62,625 nt of DNA from a virus (IMGVR_UViG_3300035490_000346:1-62625), one strand, 5' to 3'; shown: positions 9,006 to 18,701, counted from the first letter of the stretch. Notes: generated by a model from the sequence alone, not told the origin. Numbers and translations are program-made.

Positions 9006-9587
9006 ATGAATAGCGAGAGAGGCGCAATATCCGTACTGGCAGTCACGCTGCTGGCCATCCTGGGGGTCGTGCTGTTCCTCGGGGCATCGCTGGTCATCGG
9101 CTACATCAGCTTCGGCAACGAGGCCAACCGCTTCGAGAACAGCATCACCGCCGCCTACACCAACAACCAGAACGTCTACGACAACGGGTGGAAGACCGTG
9201 GTCGAGAAGGCGCAGGTCCCCGCCGAGTATACCAAGCAGCTAAAGGACCTCTATACCAACGCCATCACCGGGCGCTACGGCCCCACGGGGTCACGGGCCC
9301 TCTTCCAGTTCATCAAGGAGCAGAACCCGACACTGGACCCTGGGATGTTCATACAGATTCAGCAGTCCGTGGAGGTCTTCCACAACCAGTTCGCCCAGGC
9401 CCAGACGGAGCTGGTGTCCCGGAAGCAGGAGTACCAGAACCTCTACACCGGCACCATGCACGGGCGCTTCTACAACACGATAGCGCACTACCCGCACATC
9501 GACATGAGCAAGTACGATATCGTGACGTCGGAGAAGACGCAGACGGACTTCGGCACCAAGAAGGCCGCCCCGCTGAAGGTGTTCTGA
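9006..9587 (+). CDS. LemA-like membrane-anchored helical protein
   Basis: AAGGAG RBS; pilin-like ERGA leader, TM helix, then a coiled-coil-like region. Confidence 0.6.
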   Translation: MNSERGAISVLAVTLLAILGVVLFLGASLVIGYISFGNEANRFENSITAAYTNNQNVYDNGWKTVVEKAQVPAEYTKQLKDLYTNAITGRYGPTGSRALFQFIKEQNPTLDPGMFIQIQQSVEVFHNQFAQAQTELVSRKQEYQNLYTGTMHGRFYNTIAHYPHIDMSKYDIVTSEKTQTDFGTKKAAPLKVF

Positions 9588-9895
9588 TGACGTACCTCGT
9601 TGACCATTACTCGGACGGGCAGCCGCACCTCATGGAGGTGTCGGAGGCTATCTGGCGTGTCCTCAGGGCGATGGCAGAGAGGTACCCGTCGGACATCATC
9701 CTGTCCGACGGCCTTGCGAAGAGAGGGGGGGAGGAGCCGCTGGAACGGCTTGTCCTCCTCCGCAAGGGGTGCCCAGGGGAGGTAGTAATAGAGCTTATGA
9801 AGGGGCGCACGGAAACGTGCAATTCCCTGGAGCTGCACAAAGAGGTGCAACCGCTCCACCAGGACGATAGCCTGTTCATAGAGAGGTGGGGATAG
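9587..9895 (+). CDS. Hypothetical protein
   Basis: TGATG overlap. Confidence 0.6.
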   Translation: MTYLVDHYSDGQPHLMEVSEAIWRVLRAMAERYPSDIILSDGLAKRGGEEPLERLVLLRKGCPGEVVIELMKGRTETCNSLELHKEVQPLHQDDSLFIERWG

Positions 9896-10173
9896 TGGGA
9901 TACGGGATAAACAAGACCAACGAGGAGGGCACGGAGGCCACGCTCCACGGTTATGTCCACTGCGTGGACGGCATGCCGGTATTCAGGGTCAGCTTCGGGG
10001 AGCGGGACTCCGACTGGATGGACGTCCCGTCCGGGTGGCTCACCGAGAACCTGGACATACCGGAGTTCGTCGGCGGCATCACGACGGTGGATGTCAGCCT
10101 TACCGTAAGGCTAGGGAAGGCCAGGACCAGATACGGGGGGGAGGCAAAGACAGATGAGGAACATCAGGCTTAA
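9886..10173 (+). CDS. Hypothetical protein
   Basis: Operon packing. Confidence 0.55.
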   Translation: MGIVGYGINKTNEEGTEATLHGYVHCVDGMPVFRVSFGERDSDWMDVPSGWLTENLDIPEFVGGITTVDVSLTVRLGKARTRYGGEAKTDEEHQA

Positions 10174-10372
10174 CACCTGCTCCGGAGGCACGGGCACCTG
10201 CTCCAGCAGGGCGGTGCTGACCGCCGAGACAGAGGACGGGCGCACCATCGGCAGGGAGCTGGACTTCAGCAGCGATGCCCTCACCTCGGTGAAGTACGGG
10301 GCGTACCTCGTCATCCAAGGGCTGGCAGAGATACAGATGGAGGAGAGGACCGAGCGGCATGAACAAGCCTAG
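10154..10372 (+). CDS. Hypothetical protein
   Basis: GGAGG RBS. Confidence 0.55.
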   Translation: MRNIRLNTCSGGTGTCSSRAVLTAETEDGRTIGRELDFSSDALTSVKYGAYLVIQGLAEIQMEERTERHEQA

Positions 10373-11354
10373 CTACGGCGTCATAGTCGGCAGGTTCCAG
10401 TGCCACGAGCTGCACGACGGGCACATGGAGCTGTTCCGCATCGTGCGCGGCCGCCACAGCCGGGTAATCGTGTTCCTGGGCTGCAACAGGGTTGGCCCCA
10501 CGAGGCACGACCCCCTGGACTTCGAGGTGCGCAAGCGCATGATTCAGGCGAAGTTCCCCGAGTTCACCGTCCTGCCCCTCCGGGACAAGAAGACCGACGA
10601 GGAGTGGAGCAGGGAGCTGGACTCCCGCATCTCCGATGCCGTGGGGGAGGTCCCCGCCGAGGTCGTGCTCTACGGGAGCCGGGACTCGTTCGCCCCCTAC
10701 TACCACGGCACGCACCCTGTCAGGGAGCTGGAGATATTCAACGTCCCCAAGGCGGTCAGCAGCACGGAGGTCCGTGCCACCCTGACCAACACCGTCATGG
10801 AGTCCGCCGACTTCCGGGCAGGGGCCATCTACGCCATGGGGCAGCTATGGCCCAGGGTCGTCACCGTGGTGGATATCGCCATCGTCCATGATTGCAGGCT
10901 GGGCCTAGGCTCCGATGCCCCAGGGGCCGGGCTGATGCTCCTAGTCGGGAAGAAGCCGGACGACATCCTCTGGCGGTTCCCTGGCGGGCATGCGCTCTTC
11001 ACCACCGACTCCTTCGAGGCGGACGCCAAGAAGGAGGCCTTCGAGGAGACGGGGCTCGATGTCGATAGCCTGGAGTACATCGGCTCCCGCAGGGTGGATA
11101 GCTGGCGCTGGAAGGGCGAGCCCTCCGAGGGCTACAAGACCCTGTTCTTCGTCGCCGAGAGCATGGCGATGGGCGGGCACGGGTCGGACGACCTTTCCGA
11201 GACCAAGTGGTTCCGTATCGACGACCTGGCCGAGGAGGACTTCGAGAAGGAGCACAGGCCCCTCTTCAGGATGCTGCTCGGCCATGTCACCAGCAAGTGG
11301 GGATACAGCCTGAGGAAGAAGGAGGAGGAGCATGCCACAGCCGTTGAAGGTTAA
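10359..11354 (+). CDS. nadM: Bifunctional NMN adenylyltransferase / Nudix (ADP-ribose) hydrolase
   Basis: GRFQ...HDGH (HxGH), SSTEVR, Nudix box PGG...AKKEAFEETGL. Confidence 0.92.
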   Translation: MNKPSYGVIVGRFQCHELHDGHMELFRIVRGRHSRVIVFLGCNRVGPTRHDPLDFEVRKRMIQAKFPEFTVLPLRDKKTDEEWSRELDSRISDAVGEVPAEVVLYGSRDSFAPYYHGTHPVRELEIFNVPKAVSSTEVRATLTNTVMESADFRAGAIYAMGQLWPRVVTVVDIAIVHDCRLGLGSDAPGAGLMLLVGKKPDDILWRFPGGHALFTTDSFEADAKKEAFEETGLDVDSLEYIGSRRVDSWRWKGEPSEGYKTLFFVAESMAMGGHGSDDLSETKWFRIDDLAEEDFEKEHRPLFRMLLGHVTSKWGYSLRKKEEEHATAVEG

Positions 11355-12765
11355 CCCCCTGGACAGGGACGACAGCTACAAGGACTCCCACTGGTTCCAG
11401 CTCCCCAAGGACACGGAGCACGTGTACAGCTACCTTGCGTCCCGTGGGGGGTTCTGGAAGCACACCATGTTCTTCGGCCTCCAGTACTACCTGGCGGCCT
11501 ACCTGGAGGGGAAGGTGTTCGGCCCGGACGACGTCACCGAGGCGGCCGACCATGCCAAGGCGCACTTCGGCCAGGACGGCATCTTCAACCGTAACGGGTG
11601 GATGCGCCTCTATGCCAAGCACGGCGGCAGCCTGCCGCTGCGCGTCCGGGCTGTCCCGGAGGGCACCGTCGTCCCCGTCAAGAACGTCCTGATGACCATC
11701 GAGAACACGGACCCCGAGTTCCCATGGCTCACCAACTGGGCAGAGACGCTGCTGCTCAAGGTCTGGTACCCTATCACCGTGGCTACCCTATCCTTCGAGA
11801 TAAGGCAGGCCATCGGGGAGGACCTTGCCCGTACCGGCACCCCCTCCCTGCTGGACTTCAAGCTGCACGACTTCGGCTACAGGGGGGTCTCGTCCGAGGA
11901 GACGGCAGCGATAGGCGGTGCCGCCCACCTGGTCAACTTCCTGGGCACCGACACCAAGGCCGCCCTGGCGATGCTGAGGCAGTACTACGACAAGCCGATG
12001 GCGGGGTTCAGCATCCCTGCCATGGAGCACAGCACCGTCACTACCTGGGGCGAGGACAACGAGGGGGATGCCTACGAGAACATGCTCAATGCCGTCCCCA
12101 AGGGGCTGGTGGCCTGCGTGATAGACAGCTACGATATCTACCGGGCTGTCCGGGAGATATTCGGCGACCGGCTGCGGGAGCACGTGCTGCGCCGTGACGG
12201 CGTGGTGGTGCTGCGCCCGGACAGCGGCGAGCCTACCGTCATCCTTGAGGACGTGTTCAACATGGTGGCGGAGAAGTTCGGGTTCGAGACGCACCCCAAG
12301 GGCTGGAAGCTGCTGCCCGCGCAGATTAGGTGCATCCAGGGCGACGGCGTCAACTACCAGAACATCCTCCGTATCAACTCGCACCTCACCCGTGCGGGCT
12401 GGAGCATGGACAACTGGGGCTACGGGATGGGCGGGGCGCTCCTCCAGCAGCTAAACCGCGACACCCAGCGCTTTGCCCTCAAGTGCTCTGCCGTCCGCAG
12501 GAGCGGCTTCTGGGAGGATGTTTACAAGACTACCAAGGCGGACCCGAGCAAGGCCAGCATGGCGGGGCGGTTCGACCTGCTGCGCTACCCTGACGGGGAG
12601 CTGGAGACGGTCGAGTCGGATAGCTGGGACCCGCGCAGCCAGCCCGGCTGCACCAACGCCCTGGAGACGGTGTTCGAGGACGGGGCCGTAAAGCGCCACC
12701 AGACCCTTGACCAAGTAAGGGAGATTGCACGCACCTATGACCGGTTCAAGGAGGAGGAGCAGTGA
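11332..12765 (+). CDS. nadV: Nicotinamide phosphoribosyltransferase
   Basis: DSYK.SH, LHDFGYRG, EHS, RPDSG, IQGDG, GMGGALLQ, RDT..FALK. Confidence 0.96.
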   Translation: MPQPLKVNPLDRDDSYKDSHWFQLPKDTEHVYSYLASRGGFWKHTMFFGLQYYLAAYLEGKVFGPDDVTEAADHAKAHFGQDGIFNRNGWMRLYAKHGGSLPLRVRAVPEGTVVPVKNVLMTIENTDPEFPWLTNWAETLLLKVWYPITVATLSFEIRQAIGEDLARTGTPSLLDFKLHDFGYRGVSSEETAAIGGAAHLVNFLGTDTKAALAMLRQYYDKPMAGFSIPAMEHSTVTTWGEDNEGDAYENMLNAVPKGLVACVIDSYDIYRAVREIFGDRLREHVLRRDGVVVLRPDSGEPTVILEDVFNMVAEKFGFETHPKGWKLLPAQIRCIQGDGVNYQNILRINSHLTRAGWSMDNWGYGMGGALLQQLNRDTQRFALKCSAVRRSGFWEDVYKTTKADPSKASMAGRFDLLRYPDGELETVESDSWDPRSQPGCTNALETVFEDGAVKRHQTLDQVREIARTYDRFKEEEQ

Positions 12766-12995
12766 AGACAACCATCGAGACAAAGACGGCCGAGCTGACC
12801 CTGGAAATCAGGGTCGAGTGCGCGGGGTGCGGGGCGGAGCTGGAGGCCGAGTACACCGAGCGCACCTCCTATGGGAGCCCGGTCAGGACACTCACCGTGG
12901 AGGCATGCGAGACATGCCTTGAGAAGGCTGCCTTCGAGGGCAAGCAGGAGGGCGTGGCGGAGGGCAAGGAAGCGGCGGCAGTAGACCTTATATGA
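12762..12995 (+). CDS. Small zinc-ribbon protein
   Basis: CAGC...CETC. Confidence 0.65.
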   Translation: MKTTIETKTAELTLEIRVECAGCGAELEAEYTERTSYGSPVRTLTVEACETCLEKAAFEGKQEGVAEGKEAAAVDLI

Positions 12996-13216
12996 CGGCA
13001 CCGGAGCAGGAGCGGGGGCGTGATGACGTAAGTAGGATTGTCCTGGCGTTTGCCTGGACCCTCCTCGGCTTCGTGCTGTTCCTCCGCCTCCAGGGCTGGC
13101 TAGGCATAGCCCTGGTATTCGGCCTGGAGACCCTGGGATGGCTCATGGCCTTCAAGCTGCACTCCAGGGCCCACTCTGACGGGCTGCCCATACTCAGGAA
13201 GAAGGAGACCGTATGA
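12992..13216 (+). CDS. Small membrane protein
   Basis: Two hydrophobic segments. Confidence 0.6.
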   Translation: MTAPEQERGRDDVSRIVLAFAWTLLGFVLFLRLQGWLGIALVFGLETLGWLMAFKLHSRAHSDGLPILRKKETV

Positions 13217-13761
13217 AACCCACAGTCCTGGCAGTATTTGCATTCCTCCTGCTGTCCCTCGCCCCGGCATGGGCGCAGAACGACGGCGACCAGCTTGTCC
13301 AGGTCCCCAAGAAGTATGTCTCGGCGGAGGGCCTCAGCCACTCCCAGGCCCCCAGGGTATCGGACGAGGTCCAGAAGTGGAAGGACATCGGGCAGGGCAT
13401 AGGAGTGACCTTCAGGGAGGCCCTCAATGCCGCTGTGGACACCGCTGACAAGTTCGGCACCACCAGGGTGGGCATCTTCATCATGGTCATGGTGGCATGG
13501 CGGATAGTCGGCAAGGACTTTGCCGGGATGGCTCTCGGCATACCGTTCCTGCTCGCCGGGAGTGCCCTCTTCCTCTACCTGCTGCGCAGGCTGTTCTTCG
13601 GTTACCAGGTCCCCAAGAGGGCGGGGCTGTTCACCAGGGAGTACGCGGAGCATGCGCCCTACCACTTCGAGTCGAAGGAGGCACGCATAACGGCGGCGAT
13701 AGCCGTAGGCCTGGCCTACTGTATCCTTGTCCTCGCCATGCTCATCGTCATATTCCCATGA
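13213..13761 (+). CDS. Membrane protein with signal peptide
   Basis: Signal peptide (AWA) plus about 3 TM segments. Confidence 0.7.
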   Translation: MKPTVLAVFAFLLLSLAPAWAQNDGDQLVQVPKKYVSAEGLSHSQAPRVSDEVQKWKDIGQGIGVTFREALNAAVDTADKFGTTRVGIFIMVMVAWRIVGKDFAGMALGIPFLLAGSALFLYLLRRLFFGYQVPKRAGLFTREYAEHAPYHFESKEARITAAIAVGLAYCILVLAMLIVIFP

Positions 13762-14366
13762 AGCAGTACCCTGAGATTCCCGGAAGCACGCACGCCCCCC
13801 TCGGGGTGCCGTGCATAGCCTTCGAGAAGTACGACGGCTCCAACCTCAGGTGGGAATGGTCGAGGAAGAGGGGCTGGCACAAGTTCGGCACCCGCACGCA
13901 GCTATTCGACCGTACGGACCCGCTCTACGGGCAGGCGATACCCATATTCCTCGGCACTATGGGGGACGAGATTGCCCGCCGCTCCAACGACATAGAGCGG
14001 GGGGTCCAGAGGGTCATCTGCTTCACGGAGTTCTTCGGCCCCGGCAGCTTCGCGGGCAAGCACGTGCAGGACGAGCCCAAGGAGCTTAGGCTTATCGACA
14101 TGAACCTCTACAAGCGGGGCCTGATGGACCCCCGCCTGTTCGCCAGGTCCTTCGGCGACCTCCCCTGGTGCGCCAGGGTAGTCTACCAGGGCAACCTTAA
14201 CCGCCCGCTCATCGAGGACGTGAGGAAGGGCGTGTACCCCGTATGGGAGGGGGTCGTGGCGAAGGGCGACGGCTTCATGGTCAAGATCAAGACCCTTGCC
14301 TACCTTGCCCGGCTGAAGGAGGTCTTCGGCGGCCGGGCGGAGGACTTCGGCAAGTACTGGGAGTAA
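13758..14366 (+). CDS. Compact RNA ligase (nucleotidyltransferase domain only)
   Basis: EKYDGSN, FGTR, TEFFG, WEGVVAK, MVKIK; ATGA overlap. Confidence 0.8.
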   Translation: MKQYPEIPGSTHAPLGVPCIAFEKYDGSNLRWEWSRKRGWHKFGTRTQLFDRTDPLYGQAIPIFLGTMGDEIARRSNDIERGVQRVICFTEFFGPGSFAGKHVQDEPKELRLIDMNLYKRGLMDPRLFARSFGDLPWCARVVYQGNLNRPLIEDVRKGVYPVWEGVVAKGDGFMVKIKTLAYLARLKEVFGGRAEDFGKYWE

Positions 14367-14389
14367 CGACGAGCTAGGGAGACGGGAAC

Positions 14390-14701
14390 ATGGAGGAGAC
14401 GCCGCTACAGAGGTACCTGCGCAGGCACCGGGAGATAGAGGAGAGGGGCAAGGCGTACGGGGCAGAGATATCCTCGTCCTTCCTCCAGATATCCCAGGAG
14501 CTAAGCGAGGCCCAGAGGACCTGCAAGCATGAGTTCCAGGACTTCCCCTACAAGGACTGCCGGGGGAACGTCATAGGGTCCTTCCAGAAGTGCTCCCTGT
14601 GCTCCTACGATGAGCCTGTATCACGTGGCAAGTTCAGGGACGGCCGGAGGGTGGCACCGGAGGTAGGTCCTCTTCTTCACGCAGCAGCCTCTCTGCCCTG
14701 A
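14390..14701 (+). CDS. Hypothetical zinc-binding protein
   Basis: CKH...CSLC. Confidence 0.55.
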   Translation: MEETPLQRYLRRHREIEERGKAYGAEISSSFLQISQELSEAQRTCKHEFQDFPYKDCRGNVIGSFQKCSLCSYDEPVSRGKFRDGRRVAPEVGPLLHAAASLP

Positions 14702-14822
14702 GGAGCCTGCGCCTCTCCTCCAGGCTGAGGTGCTCGCAGCTATAGGCGTCCTGGCCGCACTCCAGGCATCTCCTGGCGGTCTTGACCTCGGGGCAGTCCT
14801 TTCCGTCCTTTCCTCGGCGCAT
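14634..14822 (-). CDS. Small zinc-finger protein
   Basis: CLEC...CEH; GGGGAG RBS. Confidence 0.5.
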   Translation of the reverse strand: MRRGKDGKDCPEVKTARRCLECGQDAYSCEHLSLEERRRLLRAERLLREEEDLPPVPPSGRP

Positions 14823-14833
14823 CTCTCCCCCCC

Positions 14834-16501
14834 TTAGCTATAAGACTGCACGAAGCCGGTGACCCCGAAGGCCCTCCCTATCGGAGTGGGGGTCACTGCC
14901 GGCCCGTAGCCAGCCACGGCGGTGCTGGTTATCTCCAGCCTGACCAGCCTGGTGACCAGCGGCACGTAGACCTTCCAGTCGGCCATGGCGGCGATGCTCA
15001 CGCTGTAGACGTACTGGGGGGCGGTGCCGGACAGGTCGCGCTGCGTCCCCCGGTAGGAGCGCCGGGCCTCGAATATGGTCACCCCGTCCGCCTCCATGTC
15101 CTCCCGCCTCATCACGAGGAGCTGCTGCTTGAGCAGCTCGCTCAGGTCCGAGGAGGTCTGTAGGTCGTTGGACCGCACGTCCAGGGTAAAGTCGATGTTC
15201 TCCTTGGAGCCGTATACCTCGTAGGTCTCGCACGTGTCGGGGGACACGATTATGGCCACCTGGTCCCCTACCACCACGTTGTCCCCTATCGCTACCCTGA
15301 GGCCGGGTATGAGCTGCTCGTTGGTGCGGTACTTCCTGCCCTCGACCTCCCCCCGGCCGGTCAGTATCCTTACCTCCCACAGGCACCACTCCCCTGGCAG
15401 CAGCAGCCTGGGCAGCGTTATCGTGCCGTTGCTGTCCACCGTCGCGGAGTAGTAGTCGCCGTAGGCGGTATGGATGAACACCTGGTTTTCTGCCAGGGAC
15501 TCCCCCGGCCTGACGCCTGCCTGCAATATGTCCTCCTGGTTGGTGCCGGGGACATCCAGGGGGTTGGCCTTTACCACTGTCCTGGCCGTGATGGTCATGC
15601 CCGCCGGGGTCCACGCGGACAGCTCCACCCAGTGGTTGGAGGCATACCAGGCGTAGTCCTTCCCTAGCTGAAGCTCGTACCCCGTCTGGTCAACGAGGGA
15701 GAACGACACCAGGGTGCTCATCTCCTGCGGGGGGCTGGAGCCCGGCACGGGCACCATCCCCTGGGGGATGTTCGCCACCTCGGAGCCCCCTACGGTGCTG
15801 GCGATGATGACCTGGTCAACCTCCTGCTGGTACCAGTAGTCCACCAGCGGGACCAGGGGGGCAGGGGGGGAGCCCGCGTACAGGGTAAGCCCGGAGAGGG
15901 TGGGGGTAAGAAGGTAGCCTATCCTGGGGGAGAGCAGCAGGTCCACGGGCACCATGGGGCTGCCGGTGACGGTAGGGAAGCTGCCGTCGTTCACGGCGGT
16001 CACCAGGGGGGTAGGGGGGCTTCCCCTCCCCTCCACGTAGCCGGACAGCGTGGTGCCGTCTATGCCTGGGGCCAGGTAGACCAGGGAGCCCTGGGCGTTG
16101 GTCACCTTCCCCTCCTCCCAGCGGAACTGCTCCATGGTCAGCCTTACCCTGTTGTCCCGGTCGTCCACGGAGTCTACGTTGAGGTAGTAGGTCCCGGCCA
16201 CGGGGGTCTGCTTGGTACGGTCTATCTCCTGGAGCCACTCTATGAAGGAGCCGTCATGGTGCTCAATCTTGGCGAGTATGGCCCTCCCGTACTGCTTGGT
16301 CATGAAGTAGTCGGGGGAGAGGCGGTTGCCTGCCGAGGACACGTCCCTGATGCTGACCTGCGCGTCCTTCCACTGGATGAGGTTGTTGAAGGGGGTGGTT
16401 ACCTCGCCGAGCGTCTCCCTGAACCGGGGGCTGCGGCTGACGGCATCCTCTATGATGCGGCGTATGTAGGCAATCAGGTTCCCGCCCGTAAGGTCGAGCA
16501 T
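14834..16501 (-). CDS. Virion structural protein (tail completion/terminator-like ends with a beta-rich insert)
   Basis: Late motif plus AGGAG; T/G/V-rich; C-terminal FTLDVRSND...DLSELL pattern. Confidence 0.6.
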   Translation of the reverse strand: MLDLTGGNLIAYIRRIIEDAVSRSPRFRETLGEVTTPFNNLIQWKDAQVSIRDVSSAGNRLSPDYFMTKQYGRAILAKIEHHDGSFIEWLQEIDRTKQTPVAGTYYLNVDSVDDRDNRVRLTMEQFRWEEGKVTNAQGSLVYLAPGIDGTTLSGYVEGRGSPPTPLVTAVNDGSFPTVTGSPMVPVDLLLSPRIGYLLTPTLSGLTLYAGSPPAPLVPLVDYWYQQEVDQVIIASTVGGSEVANIPQGMVPVPGSSPPQEMSTLVSFSLVDQTGYELQLGKDYAWYASNHWVELSAWTPAGMTITARTVVKANPLDVPGTNQEDILQAGVRPGESLAENQVFIHTAYGDYYSATVDSNGTITLPRLLLPGEWCLWEVRILTGRGEVEGRKYRTNEQLIPGLRVAIGDNVVVGDQVAIIVSPDTCETYEVYGSKENIDFTLDVRSNDLQTSSDLSELLKQQLLVMRREDMEADGVTIFEARRSYRGTQRDLSGTAPQYVYSVSIAAMADWKVYVPLVTRLVRLEITSTAVAGYGPAVTPTPIGRAFGVTGFVQSYS

Positions 16502-16509
16502 GGCTGTCT

Positions 16510-16530
16510 CCTACTTTAGGGCTGGATAGG
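16510..16530 (-). promoter_or_regulatory. Class L (late-type) promoter motif
   Basis: CCTA-N8-TAAAGTAGG. Confidence 0.55.
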
Positions 16531-16532
16531 CG

Positions 16533-16766
16533 CTACAGGCAGGCGGCGGCATCCTGGAGCCTGCACGCGGAGATGCCGTACAGCCTGTTCATGGGCGTGT
16601 ACAGCATGACTGCCACGGCCTCCTCCAGGCTCCCGAGCCTTATGGCCCTCTCAAGCGGCCGTCCGAACGTCTCGAACCCCGGGCCGACCCAGAAGGAGGG
16701 CTCCTCGCGGCCCTCGTCCGAGAACGTGACGACCCATGGGTCCTGGTTCCTATGATGCTTTCCCAT
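16533..16766 (-). CDS. Hypothetical protein
   Basis: GGAG RBS. Confidence 0.5.
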   Translation of the reverse strand: MGKHHRNQDPWVVTFSDEGREEPSFWVGPGFETFGRPLERAIRLGSLEEAVAVMLYTPMNRLYGISACRLQDAAACL

Positions 16767-16914
16767 CTTCTCCCGTCTTCTTTCCGGTCCCGGTCAGCTT
16801 ATGCCATAGCCACGCTGGCCCGGCCAGCACAGCGATGATGAGCCCGGCTACCACCCCCGAGCCGTACTCCTGCTGGTCGGCCTCCTGGCCGTTGTCCTTC
16901 CTTGGGGTACCCAT
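16750..16914 (-). CDS. 54-aa single-TM protein
   Basis: Hand-translated; VVAGLIIAVLAGPAWLW. Confidence 0.5.
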   Translation of the reverse strand: MGTPRKDNGQEADQQEYGSGVVAGLIIAVLAGPAWLWHKLTGTGKKTGEDGKAS

Positions 16915-16919
16915 CGCGG

Positions 16920-18698
16920 CTACCAGCTACTACCCTGCCCTAGCCTCGTGTCGGTCACCTGGTCGATGTCGCCCACGTTCGTCTCCTTGTCCATTATCTT
17001 GACGGGCAGGGCGCTGTAGTCAACGCCGGGCGGCGGCGGCGGCACGGTCTGGGTGATAGGCTCAATCCACTGGTGGATAGAGCGCCGGATGTCCCCGATG
17101 GACACGAACCAGCTAATCCTCGGGTACCAGCGGTTCTCTATCTGTATCTTGCCTCCACCGTCGTAGTACAGGATGTTCCACTCGCTGCCGTCATGGGCCT
17201 GGAACACGGCACCGGGCAGCATGTAGGCGAAGAAAATCTCGTCCCCCTCTATCGGCGACAGGGGGTTGGGGAGCTGCAAGGTGCCGGGGTTGGGCTTGAA
17301 CTGGGCGAACGTGCTGGTGCGCACGTCGTCCGGGTCCCCCACGATGGCCTGTAGCTCCTGGTCTGGGTTCGGGTGGTCTTCCTCGCACAGCACCCTGGCC
17401 GTCTTGGCCAGGTCGGCGGTCAAATCCTTGGCTTCCATTCCCATAGCCGTCCCTCTCTTAGTCTCGGCAACCAAGCTGCCGAGCAGGCCCACGCCTCTCT
17501 TATGGGTTGGATAGTCCCTATCCTCGCCATCCTTCCCCCCCTCCGCCTCCTGGATTCTCTCGTCCACGGCATCGTCGTCCAGCGACCTCAGGGCCCAGTT
17601 CTTGTCCTCAAGCCGTATCTCCACCACCTGGCCGGGGGACGGCCCTCCCCCCTGGGGTATCTTCCTGGGGTCCCCGTCCGTCAGGATGCACGGCAGGGCG
17701 AGCTGGAGGCGGGAGTGGCTGAAGGCGGCCACGCTCCCCCCCGTCTCCTCGAACACCTTCTTGGCCCTCTCCTGGAGCCAGTGGACTATCTTTACCGCCC
17801 GGTCGTAGAACTCCCTGTAGGGCCTGCCCCCAGGCGGGGCCTTCTCCATGCCCTGCTGGAGCGCCAGCATCTCCCCCTCGTGGTCCCGCACGTAGTCCCC
17901 GGACCACTTCCCCAGGTCCCAGGGGCGCAGGTTGGGGATAAGGTAGAGAGCGGCCCCGGTCGCCCTTGCCACCTCCCTGGCGGTCTCGGCCGCCCTGTCC
18001 AGGTCGGACGAGTATATCTCCTTTACATCCAGGCTCTTGAACTTCTTGGCGTCCTCCCTGGCCTCCCTCTTCCCCTCCTCGTCCAGGGGGACGTTGGCCC
18101 ATCCCCGGATGCGGCTGTCGAGGGAGTCCCCCGTGGTGGTGTTGTAGGGGGTATGCCCGTGCCGCCCGAAGTAGACCGTGGGCTTGCCCTCCCCGGACGC
18201 GGTCCGCCTGTGCGTGGAGAAGGCAGTCCTCCTGGCCTCCCTGATGGCCTCCTTTACCCCCCCGAGGGGGGTGCCCCCCCAGTCCATGATAACTCCCTTG
18301 CCCTCGTCGAACATATAGGCCATGTCCTCCCAGCCGGGGCCAGCGCTTGCCATGGGCCTCCACCCGTGCCAGAAGACCTCTATATCCCCAGGGGGCACGG
18401 GCCTCTCCACGAAGAACTCGCCTGCGTCCCCCCCGCTCCTGGCATCCCCCAGGCTGGGTGCCCCTACCCGCAGGATGACGGGCTGGTATGCCGGGATGGT
18501 CCCCCAGGTCTCCAGGTCGTGCCGGAATATAATCTCCCCGAAGTACCAGGCATCCTTCAGGGTGCTGGAGAAGAACACCTTGCCGAGCGAGCCTGCCCCG
18601 AGGTCCCCGCCCCAGTTCGTATCCTCCGAGGGCCTTAGCCCCTCCCTCTGGATTCCTGGGATGCGGCTGGCAGGGGTACAGTGGTATAGGTACCTCAT
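16920..18698 (-). CDS. Three-domain protein: ADP-ribosyltransferase-like + histidine phosphatase + unknown C-terminal domain
   Basis: YLYHCT...EGLRP...VFFS...AWYF...GEFFV (H-Y-E-type ART pattern); GRHGHT, YSSDLDRA.ETA, FSHS (phosphoglycerate mutase family). Confidence 0.75.
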   Translation of the reverse strand: MRYLYHCTPASRIPGIQREGLRPSEDTNWGGDLGAGSLGKVFFSSTLKDAWYFGEIIFRHDLETWGTIPAYQPVILRVGAPSLGDARSGGDAGEFFVERPVPPGDIEVFWHGWRPMASAGPGWEDMAYMFDEGKGVIMDWGGTPLGGVKEAIREARRTAFSTHRRTASGEGKPTVYFGRHGHTPYNTTTGDSLDSRIRGWANVPLDEEGKREAREDAKKFKSLDVKEIYSSDLDRAAETAREVARATGAALYLIPNLRPWDLGKWSGDYVRDHEGEMLALQQGMEKAPPGGRPYREFYDRAVKIVHWLQERAKKVFEETGGSVAAFSHSRLQLALPCILTDGDPRKIPQGGGPSPGQVVEIRLEDKNWALRSLDDDAVDERIQEAEGGKDGEDRDYPTHKRGVGLLGSLVAETKRGTAMGMEAKDLTADLAKTARVLCEEDHPNPDQELQAIVGDPDDVRTSTFAQFKPNPGTLQLPNPLSPIEGDEIFFAYMLPGAVFQAHDGSEWNILYYDGGGKIQIENRWYPRISWFVSIGDIRRSIHQWIEPITQTVPPPPPGVDYSALPVKIMDKETNVGDIDQVTDTRLGQGSSW

Positions 18699-18701
18699 GC
18701 C

